A DNA stretch of 63,864 nucleotides, filler included, from Folioceros fuciformis (Eukaryota), in NCBI GenBank assembly GCA_049999805.1. It is 6 parts of 6 records of this genome, joined end to end, with 100 filler letters (N's around TTAATTAATTAA, not from the genome) between each part and the next. Parts side by side here need not be neighbours in the genome. Positions count along the whole stretch, not along the records: positions 1 to 27,484 come from JBNGIO010006348.1; positions 27,585 to 45,813 come from JBNGIO010006355.1; 4 more parts are not named here. One strand, given 5' to 3'. The notes under the pieces were generated by a model. It was not told the origin of the DNA. It did not search any database and worked only from the letters and a program-made list of their open reading frames with translations. The position numbers were made by a program, and so were the translations under genes. Below, piece by piece: positions 25,841 through 40,159 of the stretch (the stretch's first letter is position 1; each line of letters starts with the position of its first letter).

Positions 25841-27326
25841 TCATCCGTCGTCGGGATCACTGCCCACGGGTCGCGCATCCAGGTAGAAGTCAGTTCCGTT
25901 CCCGTCGATCATCTTATCTCTGGTGCACAGCAAACGTCCCCTTGCTCAGTGAGTGGAGCAAAAAGATAGATATGGATCCAGCCGCAGAAGCCCAGCACAA
26001 GACACAGCATACCGTTCCAATATGTATTTCCCCTCTTTGTATTTCTGGTCCTTCTCGTGTGCGGACTCCTGCGACAGCAACCTCGAAATTAGCTCAACAA
26101 CTTCAGAGCTAGCAGAGGTAGCCACATCACAAACTTCTTTCATTGCAAACTCGTGTCCAGAACCAACACGGAGAACTGCAAAAAAGGGGAAACGGCTGCA
26201 TCAATTACATATTTCCATCCAACAATCCTTTGGCAGCAGTTGCAGTATATGTCAGCCACAGTGTGGAGCCCCGTGGTCATCATCCGGTCTTCTTGTGGCC
26301 CAACTGAGACGTTCACCCTGTCAACAGTACAACAAGAGGCTTCACGTAAGCGGACGCATTCCTGAAATCAGACGCTTTCTAAACTTGAAAGCAAGTGACG
26401 GCATGCATTCATCCACCACACAAACAGGACTCGAGACCTGCTGTCGGACAGCAGTTCAGAGGCATGTCAGTCTTCCTCGACTCATTTGGTAGACAAGGAA
26501 GTCTCATTCACATAAACATTCCAAGCAGTAGCTCGGCACTCTTACGTAAGAAACTGAAGCAACGTTTCAACGTGCCATTGACCCACATCTCAAACCAAAA
26601 AACCTCACAAGTACATAGTGTGGGAGAATTTCAGCCTCCAGACCGTACACAGGCCACATTGTAGAGCATAGCCACGATGTCCAGAGGGTATAACCACTGA
26701 GGTGGAGGCCCATATGCAGTGACTCAAGAGGCACACTAACAACGACAGAGTAAGTGCAATCCAACAGCATACATTTTCACAACCAAATCCTGAGTACAAG
26801 TCCTGGTGCCCAGACAAATCAGTCCCAATTACTTCCACAAAGAACATTCATGCACCCCCGCAAGGACCCCAGAGTACAGCATAATTCAGAAGAAAATGCG
26901 GGAAACAAGGTATCTGTATAAAAGAAATGTCAGAGAACTTACACGGTGTTGAAAAGGTAAGCCTTCCCGTGCTTGCAGTGGAAGGACTGAACAGCGAGGT
27001 TAGGAAAAGAAAGAAGGCTCTATCAGACAATTAAATTGCAACAAAGACTTCCCTTTAAAGCCTGTTCACGTTATGTCCACATTTTTCAACTTCAAACATG
27101 AATTTCAACTTCACCACAAAAACGACAGCATCCAAAACATGTGCAGAGATCAGGAGTGTTCGTAGGCAAGCCGGCAGTGCGAGCGCGAGAGCCGGGTGGG
27201 ACCAGCAGCACATGAGAGAGAGTTAAGCACCTTGGAAACTAGCTCATCACAGCTGGCGAGATGGCTGTTACATTGTTTGCAACTATAGACGCGACCATCC
27301 AGCTGGATCAGGTACAGTCTCCCCAT
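25841..27326 (-). CDS. YPEL: Yippee-like (YPEL) zinc-binding protein, 127 aa, 5 exons (27326-27231, 26986-26943, 26317-26209, 26068-26013, 25919-25841)
   Basis: Hand-spliced with GT-AG introns, frame intact: [110 protein letters not shown]...*. Confidence 0.92.
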
Positions 27327-27484
27327 GCTGTCGAAAAATCCTCAGACCCCAGGAACACACCGCGAACAACACTTATCTGACTCAGTCTACAACGTCGTTC
27401 ATCTGCAAAACGCACGGGTAGTCAGCCACCACCAAGCCATGGCCATCCCATCGCGCCACACACCGGACCGAAACACAATCCTAA

Positions 27485-27584
27485 NNNNNNNNNNNNNNNN
27501 NNNNNNNNNNNNNNNNNNNNNNNNNNNNTTAATTAATTAANNNNNNNNNNNNNNNNNNNNNNNNNNNNNNNNNNNNNNNNNNNN
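27485..27584. other. Artificial contig linker (N44-TTAATTAATTAA-N44); the 12-mer also occurs at 45858, 50080, 58153 and 62709
   Basis: Identical six-frame-stop 12-mer centred in 100-bp N blocks five times. Confidence 0.92.
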
Positions 27585-28775
27585 CTGCATGCCAAGACAA
27601 TACTGCAGGGCACCAGCATCCGTCATCTAGAACTCGCGGCTCAGCTGGGCTTTCAAGGTATGAATCATTATGAGCAAGTTGCCCATGACGATAATATCGT
27701 CTACATAGACTGCCACTGCAACAAAATGTGCACCGTCTCGCTTGATGTAGACATTGCTATCTACATGAATGCTAACATATCCTAATGACTGCAGGTAGGC
27801 ATCTATGCGAGAGTACCAAGCTCTCGGACTCTGCTTCAGACCGTAAATGGTCTTCTTCAAATGGCAAACAGGTCGAGGAATGTCAGCTGGTACAGGGACT
27901 CCCTCTGGCACTTGCATATATATGTCTTCTTGCAATTGGCCATACAGAAATGCAGTTTTAACATCGAGTTGCTCAAGCTCGAAGTCATGTACTGCGGCTA
28001 GGGCTACGAAGAGGCGCAAGGTTGTCAGCTTTACAATTGGACTAAATGTATCATCATAGTCCACCCCTGGAATCTGTGAGTAACCCTTTGCCACGACCCA
28101 TCCTTTGTACCGGGCCACTGAACCATATGCCTTAAGCTTGATTTTGAATACCCACTTGCTTCCCACAGGTTTCCTTCCTCCAGGCAAGCTGGTAATTGTC
28201 CAGGTGTCATTTTCAGCCAAAGACGCAAGCTCAGAATCGATGGCCACTTGCCACAGCGCAGCATCAGGACAGGTAACAACTTCCTTATAAGACTGTGGTT
28301 TGTAAGCTGGGTAGTAGCTGCAAGGCAGTATGTTAGGTGGGACTTCGGATGCCGATAGTCCTCAGAAACATAGTATTCAAGTGGCCTTGTATGCCTGCCA
28401 GATTGGCGTGGAGCTAAGTGTGCATGCTTAGCTCTTCTCCTCGAGTGTACAGGACTGGGAGTGGTAGCATCCTGTAATTCTTCTTCCAGGTTGAAGGAGA
28501 CATGATGTGATTGGGTGTCATTCAGATCTCTGTTGCTCACAGCCCGGCCAGGAGTTCGTAAGGGTGTGAATACAGCTGGGGACTGTGGATGCACAGTTGG
28601 GACAGGTCCTGCTGCAGGTATGGGAACCGGCAGCTGTCCAACTAAGAAATCGCCTGCATCTTCTGATGAGCTGTCCTCCGAGCTGTATGTGTCTGGAACA
28701 GGGGCTCCCACTGGCTGAGCTGACTCCACACCCTCAACAAAAATAACGTCACGCGATGTTAAGGTATAGGTCATA
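27585..28775 (-). mobile_element. Ty1/copia fragment (end of integrase, linker, reverse transcriptase), frameshifted
   Basis: SRDVIF, KWVFKIK, GYSQIPGVDYDDTFSP, QLDVKTAFL, YGLKQSPR, YVDD. Confidence 0.92.
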
Positions 28776-30275
28776 CCTTTAGTTAAACCTAAATGGGCGT
28801 TAGTCGCATACTGGACTAGTTAGGGTTAGAAACATGAATAGTCACTTATGAAGTATTTAAACAATTTTGTATTCATTTTTATTATTATCAATCAATTTCA
28901 GCTCTCTCGTCTCTGCTCGTTCCTTCACATGGATCAGAGCATGGTACGTTTTTTGAGAAAAATCTTTGAAAATGCCAAGGCATGGTAGGAATCGTAGCGG
29001 CCGACGCCGAAGTGAACCTTCTAGATACAATCATCTAGTTGCACCTATGCCAGCAGCACCTCTACCTTTAGATACGGTGCTAGACCTCTACGAAGACAAC
29101 TATCCTACCCTCTGGCTACAGAGATTTGCTGCACAACAACGTCCTTCATCACCCACATCTAGGTGGATTTTGAAAAGAAATCAAGAGGCCATCTGGCTCT
29201 ATCGAGAACGCTGCAACAGACGTGGACAAAACCCTGACCTGTATTACAGACCTTGACCTACGGCAACTGCTTCACCAGATTTCTTGTCCAGACCTCCTGT
29301 GGAAACATCAAGACCTGGTGTTAGAACAAGGACTGTACAACAGCCTGCAGCAGTCATTGAGAGCAACACAAAATTCAACCCTCACACTGGAATTAGAGGA
29401 GTTAAGGACCAAACACAAGAGCTCCTTGCCCATGTTGAGAGGGCCCTATCTCTTGCTTTCATGAACCAGATTTCTCTCAAGCACAGAATTCGCAGTTTGG
29501 AGTCACCTATAGAACAAGCGATTTTAACCTGCAAGGACCAGCTCCAGCAAGACATCAGCAACATCACAGATATCTTGCAACAAATGGATCTCAAGCTGCA
29601 AGTTCTTGAACAGAATTGCTCATCTGACAGATCTGAATCCAGTGCTGGGGTTCCGTGAGATCTTTCCGCTGCCCGAGAGTGGAGACACCAGAGGCGCAAG
29701 GGGAATTGCTATTCAGATCTGAATCGGTGCATTCCCTGCCTTGCACCTCTTGCTGAATTGTCACAACATAATCACATTGGTAAGTTTGAGTCGTTTCCCA
29801 TGAAAGGGACACGGCAGTTGTTTTCCTTGACCAAACTGAAACGCCACAAACATGATGAAAAGGCATTGTTTTTAGGGTTTTTACCTATAATGTTTCATGG
29901 TAGCTTGAAAGAAAAGCTGAGGAGTTTAGCATGAGCAGGGGATAGCCAATTTTGCTGCCCCTCCTCTAGCTAAACTCCCAGCATCTCTTCCCTATATACC
30001 ATCGTTAGTCCATAGGAAACATGCATGCAGTTTTCACATGCACATCTACTTGTACAGTAAGGGCCATAGCCTTTATAGTCTGACCAGGTGTTCATGTCCA
30101 CTGCATCCCTGTTAGCAGCTTAGCTTGAATCAAGTTGTTCAAGTAAATCCACCTCTACAGCCCCCACCTGTTCAAATGGCAGCAGCTGTTAGTACCCCAT
30201 CCTTTACCTCTGAACTCAAAGAGAAAGATAGGTTCAAGGGACAAGGATATTCAATCTGGAGAGTTTGCAAGGCGT
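28776..30275 (+). mobile_element. Truncated copia-like 5' region: LTR end, degenerate tRNA-Met PBS, upstream ORFs and start of gag
   Basis: ...CA then tggatcagagc at 28930; ORFs 28972-29256 and 29284-29658; ELKEKDRFKGQGYSIWR at ~30210 resembles gag NEKDRFNGKGYDVWQ at ~36660. Confidence 0.55.
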
Positions 30276-30576
30276 TGTAGCTTCATGAGGCCAGGCATGG
30301 CTGGTTAACTTGGTGTCGGGCTGTGAACATTCTTGAGACGGGATTCGACCAGATTCACGTGCGGACAGCAGTCCACCAGGTAGCAACGCTCAGATCTCTA
30401 AAGGAAGAAAACGCCTAAATTGTGCTACACTCAAGAGGGAGTAGCACAGAAAATCGCATAGAAGCAGGCTTTCTTGAAAGGATAACCACCACGCTGCATA
30501 TTCAATCCTAGCAAGGAATGCAACGCAGCAATTATCGCTCACGTAGCATCAGGCCAGAACAGTGATCAAAGTCCGA

Positions 30577-31298
30577 GCTCTGATACCATGACAAATGTAG
30601 NNNNNNNNNNNNNNNNNNNNNNNNNNNNNNNNNNNNNNNNNNNNNNNNNNNNNNNNNNNNNNNNNNNNNNNNNNNNNNNNNNNNNNNNNNNNNNNNNNNN
30701 CATGTGTGTTCTGCATGTCAATTTGGAAAACAGTCAAGGTTTCCATTGGTCCTAAACATACCTTTCATTTAGGACAGATGGGATTGGTAGATCACTCTAG
30801 TGTCTCCCCTTCTCCTACCCTTCCACGTTAGGGTTCTTTGAATCTGGAGATTCTCCTTTCAACTCTGACAACAAGTTGCCGCGGATGAAGCTTCAGCTCG
30901 ATATCATATCGCTGCATAGTTGCACTGACTTTTATGCTGGCGAGAGGACATGCAATACCTCTGCCACTCAGCTTTTGGTGCTTCGTCACTTGCCCTGCTA
31001 CAACAACACGTCTTCCAGTTCCACTGACAATTTGCAGATCGATTCTCAACCGCGAACTGTGGACGCTGAAGTGCACAAGTATTACGAAACAGCCATGTCC
31101 TTAAGGGGGTGTGTTAGGATAAGTAATCATTGATTAATTATATGCTAAGTACATAGTGTTTCATATTAACTTACACTTATAGAGTGAAGGGGCACCAAGC
31201 CCAATTGACACATATAATATACATTTTTGTTACATACATTTTATTATTTTAGTCTACTTGCTGTGTTGCTAGGACTACACCTCTGCTACGCTCACAAC
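30577..31298. mobile_element. LTR retrotransposon remnants: minus-strand PBS, plus-strand pol fragment, PPT and short LTR
   Basis: gctctgatacca at 30577-30588 (reverse complement of tggtatcagagc); CSACQFGKQSR after the gap; aagggggtg followed by TGTTAGG at 31112 ... ACA at ~31298. Confidence 0.55.
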
Positions 31299-31739
31299 AC
31301 AAAATGAAGACTTTTGTCAGTAGGGATACCACACTCGCTTGCCCACATTGAGCAAACTGGATTTATTAGATAAGAAAGGTGTGGGGAAAGGCAAAGTAGA
31401 ATTCCTTTCCTTTGACACAAAGCCATGCTTACATACCTATTTTTGCATGCCCCAACAAATCTCCCCTATTTTATTTTTAATACAGAGGAAAGGGAAAGTT
31501 TCTATCCTTAAGTCCCTTCATCTATCATTACGATTATTGAACACTACATTCATACCTAGATCAATGCTAAACATGAGATAGCACATGGATGGTTCTCATG
31601 TCTTACGTAACATGACAACTAAAACTAAGGACCGTGGTATAAGCCATCATGGCTCTCATACCAAGTTAGAACATCATGTGGAAGCAACTTTTGTAACTCC
31701 GTTAATATTTTTAAAAGGTCAATCAAAAGAAGAAAAATC

Positions 31740-32345
31740 TGATATGCTAAAAATTCCATATTGACAAGTCATAGGCTCTTTTATATATGTTGTTAATTAG
31801 TCTCAATTTGAAATTCAATATTTAGTTAATTTCTACACAATCTTGGTAAAACCCATTTGGAAGCCATAAAATGCATTTATAGATATTTATGAAAGGAACA
31901 CCTAGATTTGGGATACACTATTCAAGGAATCCAAAATTACTCATAACATTAGTAGGGCTTACTGATGCTGATTGGGGACACAACGTTGATGGTCGTAGGA
32001 ACATAAGATCCTACATATTTTTTCTTAATGGTGGAGATGTAAGCTAGCCTTGCAAGAAAATGTCATCTATGTGCACATCTACAACAGAGAGCAAGTATAG
32101 TGCTCTCTCAATTGCAACCAAGGACCTAGTATGAGGAAGAAACTTCCTTAATAGCTTACGGTATACACAAAAAGAACCCACCATACTCTATACAGACAAC
32201 TAAGCCACAATTACTATGGAAGCCAATCCATGGTTCCATGGTAGAACTAAACATATCAAGTTAAAACCATCATTTTGTACGTGAAGCGCTTTCCAATGGA
32301 AATTAAAACATATCTTACTTACACACCAACAAATTATAACTTAGC
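31740..32345 (+). mobile_element. Degenerate copia RT C-terminus/RNase H
   Basis: GLTDADWG, STTESKY, ILYTDN, NPWFHGRTKHI read through stops and frameshifts. Confidence 0.8.
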
Positions 32346-32839
32346 TACCTATAAGGAAGTATGTCCATGTAGGGAGGACATCTATGTGGGAGGAAGTTCC
32401 TAAATAAGAAATACAGTTGTGAAGGGCAAGCTACCTACCGAAAAGGGGGCACCTGTGTAGGGTAATTATTAAGGGCGGTTACTACATATAGAAGTATACC
32501 TACGACAAGAGGGTCTTTAAAGGGATCCCTATCTAAGGTGTCCCATCAACAAAGAGTGCTCACCTCCACGTAGTGAACTACATCTACCTACATAGTGGGG
32601 AACAAAGGAAGTAGCAGTGCGACAAGACACCTACGCTGGGGACCTACTTGTTGTGACCAAGCGGACTCAGCGAGAGAAAGGACTTTGTTGTGGTGAGAGC
32701 TATAGGGAGGAACGGTGTAGGGGGCATGAAATAAGCTGGATAGAGATTCACAAGCTCGGAGCAGTTGCCTACGGAGGTAGGGGTATAAATTTGCGTGAAG
32801 GAGAGCAATCGGCGTTCCTAGGGTTTAGTTCCATCAACG

Positions 32840-35342
32840 ATGGCGCGGACCTCCAACAACACTCAGGTGGGTTTCGGCAATAGGGGACAACCCACGAGGG
32901 CAGCCAGCTCTCCTACAACCAATGTTCCGTCCTTTTCCTGCTTTGGGGGCCAACTGAACTCAAGGGATTTGATAGACCTGCAGACTTGGGCATGTGACGC
33001 AAACATCCAGCTTGACTGGATATATGGCAAACACTGGTCGTATGTTCATGAAGGCTTGGTGAAGGAGTGCTATACCAACCTACAACAGTCAAAGGAGGAG
33101 TTGGAAGCCCTACCTGAACGAAACGCGAGGACTGACCCTCGGCGTTGGACAGTCCGAAGCATCCAACAAGTGTACGGTAGGTTGGAAGAGGAGAGCAATG
33201 GTATTGGGATCTTGGATAAAACCATAGATGGGCGGAGGTCACCCAGCACCACCCTACNNNNNNNNNNNNNNNNNNNNNNNNNNNNNNNNNNNNNNNNNNN
33301 NNNNNNNNNNNNNNNNNNNNNNNNNNNNNNNNNNNNNNNNNNNNNNNNNNNNNNNNNGAGAGGATCAAGGAGCTCAAATGGCGGTTGTTCACTAAGGTGG
33401 TTCTTGGATTAGTGAACTATCAACGCACCTCATATTTCAGCAATGCTTTCCTCCACTTCCTTTGGAGAGTGACTCAAGGAGCAAAGCCAAACTAGGGGTT
33501 AAATATGTATGAGGCGTATACCTACCAAAGGGAGAATTTGCTCAAGTCGAACGGAAGGGAGGGGGGGGAGTGCACGTCCCTGCTACCTCTCGACTTACTT
33601 GGTGCACTTATGGAAGACCAAAGGGTTGTTGACACAATAAGAGTTGGAGGAGGCATAACAACCTTTTGTAGTTGTCCCATTGCAGGGGGAGGCTTTCATC
33701 TCCGGTGGAGTGTCGACTCCTCTTATAGATGAGGAGTCCCCACTTGATTCCGAATCAGCCATGGCAGCCTATGATGAGTCTGATGAAGATGATGACACCC
33801 CGTTGGTATGGAGACATAGGGAGCAGCAAAGGGACCGAAGGCTACCATTAGTCACCACGCCAGCAGCCCTAGATTCCACCCCAACTGAGATGGAGACAGT
33901 GACGGATCTTAAACCAAGCCAGCCAATAGCTGAAGTAGGGTACCATGGAGGGGATTTGGTGATGACACCAGCAGTGCAAGCACAAAGTGGAGCACCAGAT
34001 CTAGGAAGAAGGAGCCCAGTGAATTGGGAGGTAGCCCGGGGAGCACACGCCACAAGCCAAGGTAACGACAATTCGTTGGGAGTGTGGGGCAACATCATTC
34101 GATGTGGCCAACAACTACAAAACATCAAATGGGGAGAGGCCCGTGCAATGATTGTAGGCCTACTACAGGAGCACATAAGTGAGGATGCAGACCAGGCACA
34201 ACTAGAACCCAAAGTGCAGGAATTGGAGAAGGAGCGAGGATAGTACCTCCTCGAGGATGGTGAGCAAAGGCGAGAATTGGAGAAGTTGACCCAACAGATG
34301 ACCACATTGTAGACTTCCCAACAAGGTTTATCACATGAGATCATTGCATATCAAAGGGACCTCGCCCAGTTTGAGGAAACTAGGAAGGTGGTGGAGGAAC
34401 AGCTACGGGAACAAGTCTACTTTGCAAGGATTTACAAGGCAAGCTAGATGAGTTGGAGGCACATAATGCTAAAGCGAACCAGAAACTCCAGCAATTCCTT
34501 GAAGCAAGACAACGAGAACGAGTGGAGAGGGAACAATTGACCATCCAATTAGAAGACATTCGGTAGGAGAAAGCACAATAAGAAGCTGAGAACCAGACCA
34601 AGATTCACAGGATGCTAGTGGTTCGAGCTCGTAGGTTTCGTCCTAACTGTGCCTACTTGACAGGGTGCATGACCAAGCTTCATGCAACTCATCAAGAAAA
34701 CCTTGACCTACAGTTGAAGGTAGGGGCGATGGAGGCTGAATGAGATATCTACCATAGTAGATGCAAGGGTGGGAATTGGGTTGTTGACAGGATACCATAG
34801 ATCTAGCTCAACAAAATCGCAACCTCCACCTACACTAACGTCTACTCACTCATCACAAGGAACTGGCAGCATTGGCAAGGCAAAGGTATCTTAGGCCACA
34901 TGATGACGACCGCGAGGCCTTGGAGGCAGTGCCCCTACCAACGGACTTTCAAGAGGACAGCAATATGGACTTGGAGAGCTCGCAATGGGAACCTGAGGAG
35001 CTCCTATGGGCTAGGAAGAGCATGCAAGAAGGGGGGCCTACTCCCATAGGCAATGTACCTACGAGAGGAGGGGTAGGGAACCTACCCACCATAGGAGGGG
35101 AAGGAATGGTAGGGACCCTACCCACAAAGGGAGCAATGGGGACCCTACCTACGAAGGGAATATTCTCACCCTACGTAGGGAAGGAGCCTCAAGTTGAAGA
35201 ACAAGTGGATCCCTCCCATACCAAACCTGTAGGTGGTGGTGAAGGGATAGCCCAAGAGGTCCAGAGAGAGGAAGGTATGGTGGAAGTTCGTGGATCCAAG
35301 AGAAGACGAATCCCAATAATGGAGGGGGGCCCAGTGGCTTAG
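32840..35342 (+). pseudogene. Decayed retrotransposon accessory ORF (LVxEFYxN-type domain followed by coiled coil)
   Basis: MART start, EGLVKECYTNL, GAKPN*GLNMY, long E/Q/R-rich coiled-coil stretch with many stops; lies amid LTR debris. Confidence 0.45.
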
Positions 35343-35439
35343 CCTTCACACTCTACCTCCCTTTAGGAGCCATCTTAGCCACACCTTTTTTAAAAGGGGG
35401 TCAACGAATCTTCTATGGCGGCGCCGACAATACTAATCT

Positions 35440-38400
35440 TGTTGAAATATATCTAGGTTATGGCACTATTCATTAGGGCACCTTATTTAAACATTATCTA
35501 GGGCATAAAGTAGTTACTTAATTAGTTGCTCTAGGTAGTTAGTCATTATATTAGTTAGTTGTTATATTAGTTGCAACTACCTAGTGGTTACAACAACTTA
35601 TGGTTGTAACCACCTAACCACCTAACCACCTAGCCTATATATAGGCTTGTACTCTTTACTTTCATAATTCAATTGCATTGTATCTCTTCTGCCTAAGAGC
35701 TATTGATTCTCATCATCGTATCAGAGCATGTAGCTCTCTATGCTTCCTGCTATTCAATGCTACTCTAGATCTCTTCTACTGTTAACAATACATTGCAAGG
35801 ACTTCATTCTAGGCAGCAATCGAGCATAGCATCAAGTGCTCAAATGATGCAAACTTTGTGCATCCAACTTTTCTTCACTCTCCATGGATTCTTGTAATCC
35901 TAGTGAACATGGAAGAAAGGAGGAAATTCAAGACTCAGAGAAGGAGGCGGCACCAAAAGGACTTCATAGAAGTTTCATCAAAGGAGTTTAATCTTCACTC
36001 CCCTACTAAACATGATTTGCTTGAAGTCCATGTTTGTAACTTAATATTTGCCCTCCTCTCCAAGTCCAAACATAGAGCAAAGTCCATCATATTTGCTAGA
36101 AGGACCTTGCTCTCCACATTTAGCCTTTACCAATTAGGTGCTATTGAGTCCGCAATTTCTCAATTGATCAAATCAAAGTCTAGAACTTTTTCCCTAATCC
36201 AGATAAATTACAGCAATCACTTAACACCATCAGATTAGAAGCTATCCAAATACATACTTCGATTGATGAGAGATTGAATTACCTCAACCAAGAGATATAT
36301 TTAATCTCCAAAGCTGTTGAGCAACTAACTGTAGGAGAGGTTGATATTGCTAACTCTTATGTTTGGAGCAATACAGATACTTGCAATAAAACAATGAAGA
36401 AGTGCAGCACGTGCTTACGCGTTACTCCCAAATTCGTCGTGAGGACTTCGCGTCAAGCACAACCCAGCTATCTTCATTAATTTTGAATGTCACCTGCAAC
36501 GTTTGAGGAGCAAGTTATTGACGAGGTTACCCACTCTAACGAGGACGCCGAAAAACTTAAAAAATGGCTTGCTGAAGAAAGAGCCAAATGGGAAGAAGAG
36601 TGGAAAAGAAAGACTTTTGTCTTTCCACATTCAACTGTGGTTTATGGAGAAGGCTTTAACGAGAAAGATAGATTCAATGGAAAAGGATATGACGTTTGGC
36701 AACTACGTGCCAAAGGAGTACTACGACAACGTGACTTATGGGATATCGTTAGCGGTGATATTGATCGTCCCCTCTAGAATCAAGATTCTAAAGCAAACTG
36801 GGACATCAAGGATCAGAAGGCTCAAGATATCATCATAAGTGGACTTACTGAATCAATGGTTCGGCAAGTCTCTGAAGCAGAAACCTCCAAGGAGATGTGG
36901 GATTGTCTAGCCCAAATATATGCATCAAGCGATGTCATGAGCATCTTGACGGCCTCCTGCAATTTCCAAAATCTCAAAATGAGAGAAAGCGATTCCATTG
37001 AAAGCCACATCAGTGCATTTAGATTGGCCAAAAATAATTTTGAAGCAACATCTGGTGAAAAGATCTCCGAGAAACAAGCCTTCATCAATCTTCTATCCAC
37101 TCTACCATCTTCCTATAGGCCATTCATGACAACACAAAATGTGGTCCTTCGCACTACACCAAAGGATGCCGCAACAATAGGCTCATGAACGCTGAACATC
37201 AGCTTAAATGAGCTCATAGAAGCCATCATATAGGAGGAATCTAGCCATCGTCACGACACTCGCTCCACCAAACAGCAGGTGATGTTCAAAGTAAGTGGCA
37301 GAGGTAGAGGCCGAGGCAAAGGGTCTTTCACCTCTTGCCCATATACAAATCCCCCTCGTGGAGATATTACATCTTCTTCTACGCCTGCAAGAGGTAAAAA
37401 GAAGATTATTTGCAATTGGTGCAGAATACCAAATCATATGGAGAAGGACTACAACAAGAAGAAGAATGGCGAGCCTAGAAAGGAGGCCGCACCTGGAGCA
37501 CATGTTGCTGTGAAGAAACAATCCTCCACAACACCCTCACCTCTCACTATATGCTTGGCATCATCAAAGTCAACAAACCCAAATTGGTACTTGGACAGTG
37601 GAGCTACGTCACACATCTATCACAGAAGAAACTCTTTTGAGTCCTATTCGCCAGTATCCGGATACCAGGCTGTCCTACTGGGTGATGACCACAACCTCCC
37701 CATCTCTGGTATAGGTTTAGTCGCTCTCAGATGTTCTTCAGGCCAAGTTCTTTCTCTCTCTAATGTCCTTCACGTACCATCCATGTGTAAAAACTTAGTG
37801 TCAGCTGCCAGTTTATGTTCACAACATAATTTGTACGTCATTTTAGATGCAGATAGTTGTATCATCTCTTATTTCCCGAGTGAATCACTAATCATCTGCA
37901 CAGGCACTTTAGAGGACGGGTTATATAAACTGTCTGTCCGAGTGGGAACTACACATGATAGGATACATGTAGCTTCTCAAAATTCTGTCACTTCAAATAC
38001 AACAGTACTCTGGCATTGTAGATGAGGTCATCCTAATAGCCAAAAACTTGTACAAATGTCGGAGGGAAATTTTTATAGAAACCCTTCTCTTACAAAGATA
38101 GAACCCCTATCATGGTGTGAAGCTTGTGTCATCACCAAAAGACATCATGCACCTTTTCAAAACCACTCTCCCTAGTGGGCTAAGGTCCCCCTTGAGTTAG
38201 TTCACACCGACATTTGTGGCCCAGTCTCTGCACCCTCCTTAGCAGTTGCAGATATTTCCTTACCTTGATTGATGATTTCTCCCGCTTTACCACAACATAC
38301 ACCCTTAAAAACAAGAGTGAAGCTTTCCAGCATTTTAAGGATTACATGATGTGGGCGGAGAGACTTATAGAGAAGAAACTTAAGACACTCCGTTCAGACA

Positions 38401-40159
38401 ATGGCAGCAAGTTTACTTCCAATGCCTTTACTGATTTTTGTTGAGCACAAGGTATAGCTCAACAACTCACGGTGGTCTATACACCCCAAAAAAATGGTGT
38501 AGCCAAAAATAAGAATCTACTCCTTCAAGAAGTCACGGGTTGCTTGCTCACCCAAGCAAGGTTATCTAAACCATATTGGGCAAAAGCAATGATAACAACA
38601 ACCTACATCATTAATCGACTTCCAACCTCTGCGATTAAAGGTATGACACCTTATGAAGCATTCACTGGTAGAAAACCTTCCATTCGAGTATTTGGCTGTA
38701 CAGCATATGTTTATATTCATAAATCAAACCCGTAAAAAGTTAGATGACAAGGCTGCCAAGTATACCTTTATTGGTTATACCGAAGGTATCAAAGGATACA
38801 AATTATTTGATCCAGGTACCAGGCGACTCATATACGCCCGCAGCATTACTTTTCATGAGTCCCCTATATTATCTCCTTCAGTGGATTCCCATGTTTTCGC
38901 TCCTGACGATCATCATCTCCCTCTGTCTTTTGATAATGACAAATTTATTACCCTACATTCCACCCCTTCCCCTCCACCGGTTGCACCTATATTGCAGGAG
39001 GAGGAGGAGCCATCTTCTCCAAGACGACCAACTACTCCAGATCCACATGTGGAAATTCCTGAACACCTTGAAGATCTTCCTGATATCCCGGACAATGAAC
39101 TTTCCGAGCCTGAGTATCTGGATGAAGATGAGCCGGTTCCTCCTATACATGAACTAGCTCTTGAAGAAGACGATAACACTTCAGAACAAGTCGTCAACAA
39201 AGATGTACAACATGCACCAAGGTACAACCTAAGATCCAGACCTACTGCCTCTGGACTTGCAGGATGGAAGGAACCACCTCTGGGATACCTTACTACTTTT
39301 GATGATCCTTCCTCACCTTTCTCCCATTTTTATCAAGTTGTTTATAAAGCCACTGTTGACCCTGAAGAGCCACTAACCTTGAAACAAGCTTTTTCCTCTC
39401 CTGAGAAAGACTTATTGAAAGCCGTAGTGGACTTTGAGTATGACTCCCTAGTTAAGAACTCTACATGGGAATTAGTCAAACCACCCGAAGGGAGAAAAAT
39501 AGTTGGGAGTAAATGGCTATTCAAAATTAAACGCAAGGGTGATGGTTCCATTAAGAGATATAAGGCAAGACTAGTAGCCAAAGGTTTTACCCAAATACTG
39601 GGTTTAGATTACATACCTTAAGGTACTTATGCTCCATTAGCAAAATTTTCTTCCTTAAGAATGATAATTGTCTTGAGCGCTCAACATGATTTACACCTTC
39701 ACATGATGGATGTCAAAACAGCTTATTTACATGGATGCATTCAAGAAGAAATATACATGAAACGACCTGAGGGTTCTGAGGTCAAAGGTAAAGAAGATAT
39801 GGTATGTAGGCTAATCAGAGGTCTCTATGGCCTAAAACAATCTGGAAAGGAATGGAACAAAGATATACATGACAAGCGTATCATGTATGGTTTTATTCAA
39901 AGCAAAGCTGATGTAAGTATGTATATCTTAAAGTCAAAACAACATACACTTTACCTCTTACTTTATGTGGATGACTTATTCTTAGCATCATCTTCACTCT
40001 CCTACCTAGCTGAAGTTAAAGCTTGGTTAAGAAGTCACTATGAAATGACAGACTTGGGAGAGCTAACCTATGCCCTTGGCATCAATGTTATAAGGGATTA
40101 GAGGTAATAAATCTATCAGCCTGGTTTAGACAAAATATATAAAAGAAAGTTTAGCCAAG
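35440..40159 (+). mobile_element. Ty1/copia element: 5' LTR 35440-35715, PBS 35716-35727, gag-PR-INT-RT with stops; RT interrupted at 40160
   Basis: TG...CA LTR with TATA; tcgtatcagagc; CNWC zinc knuckle; WYLDSGATSH; LRSDNG; YGLKQSG; YVDD. Confidence 0.92.
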
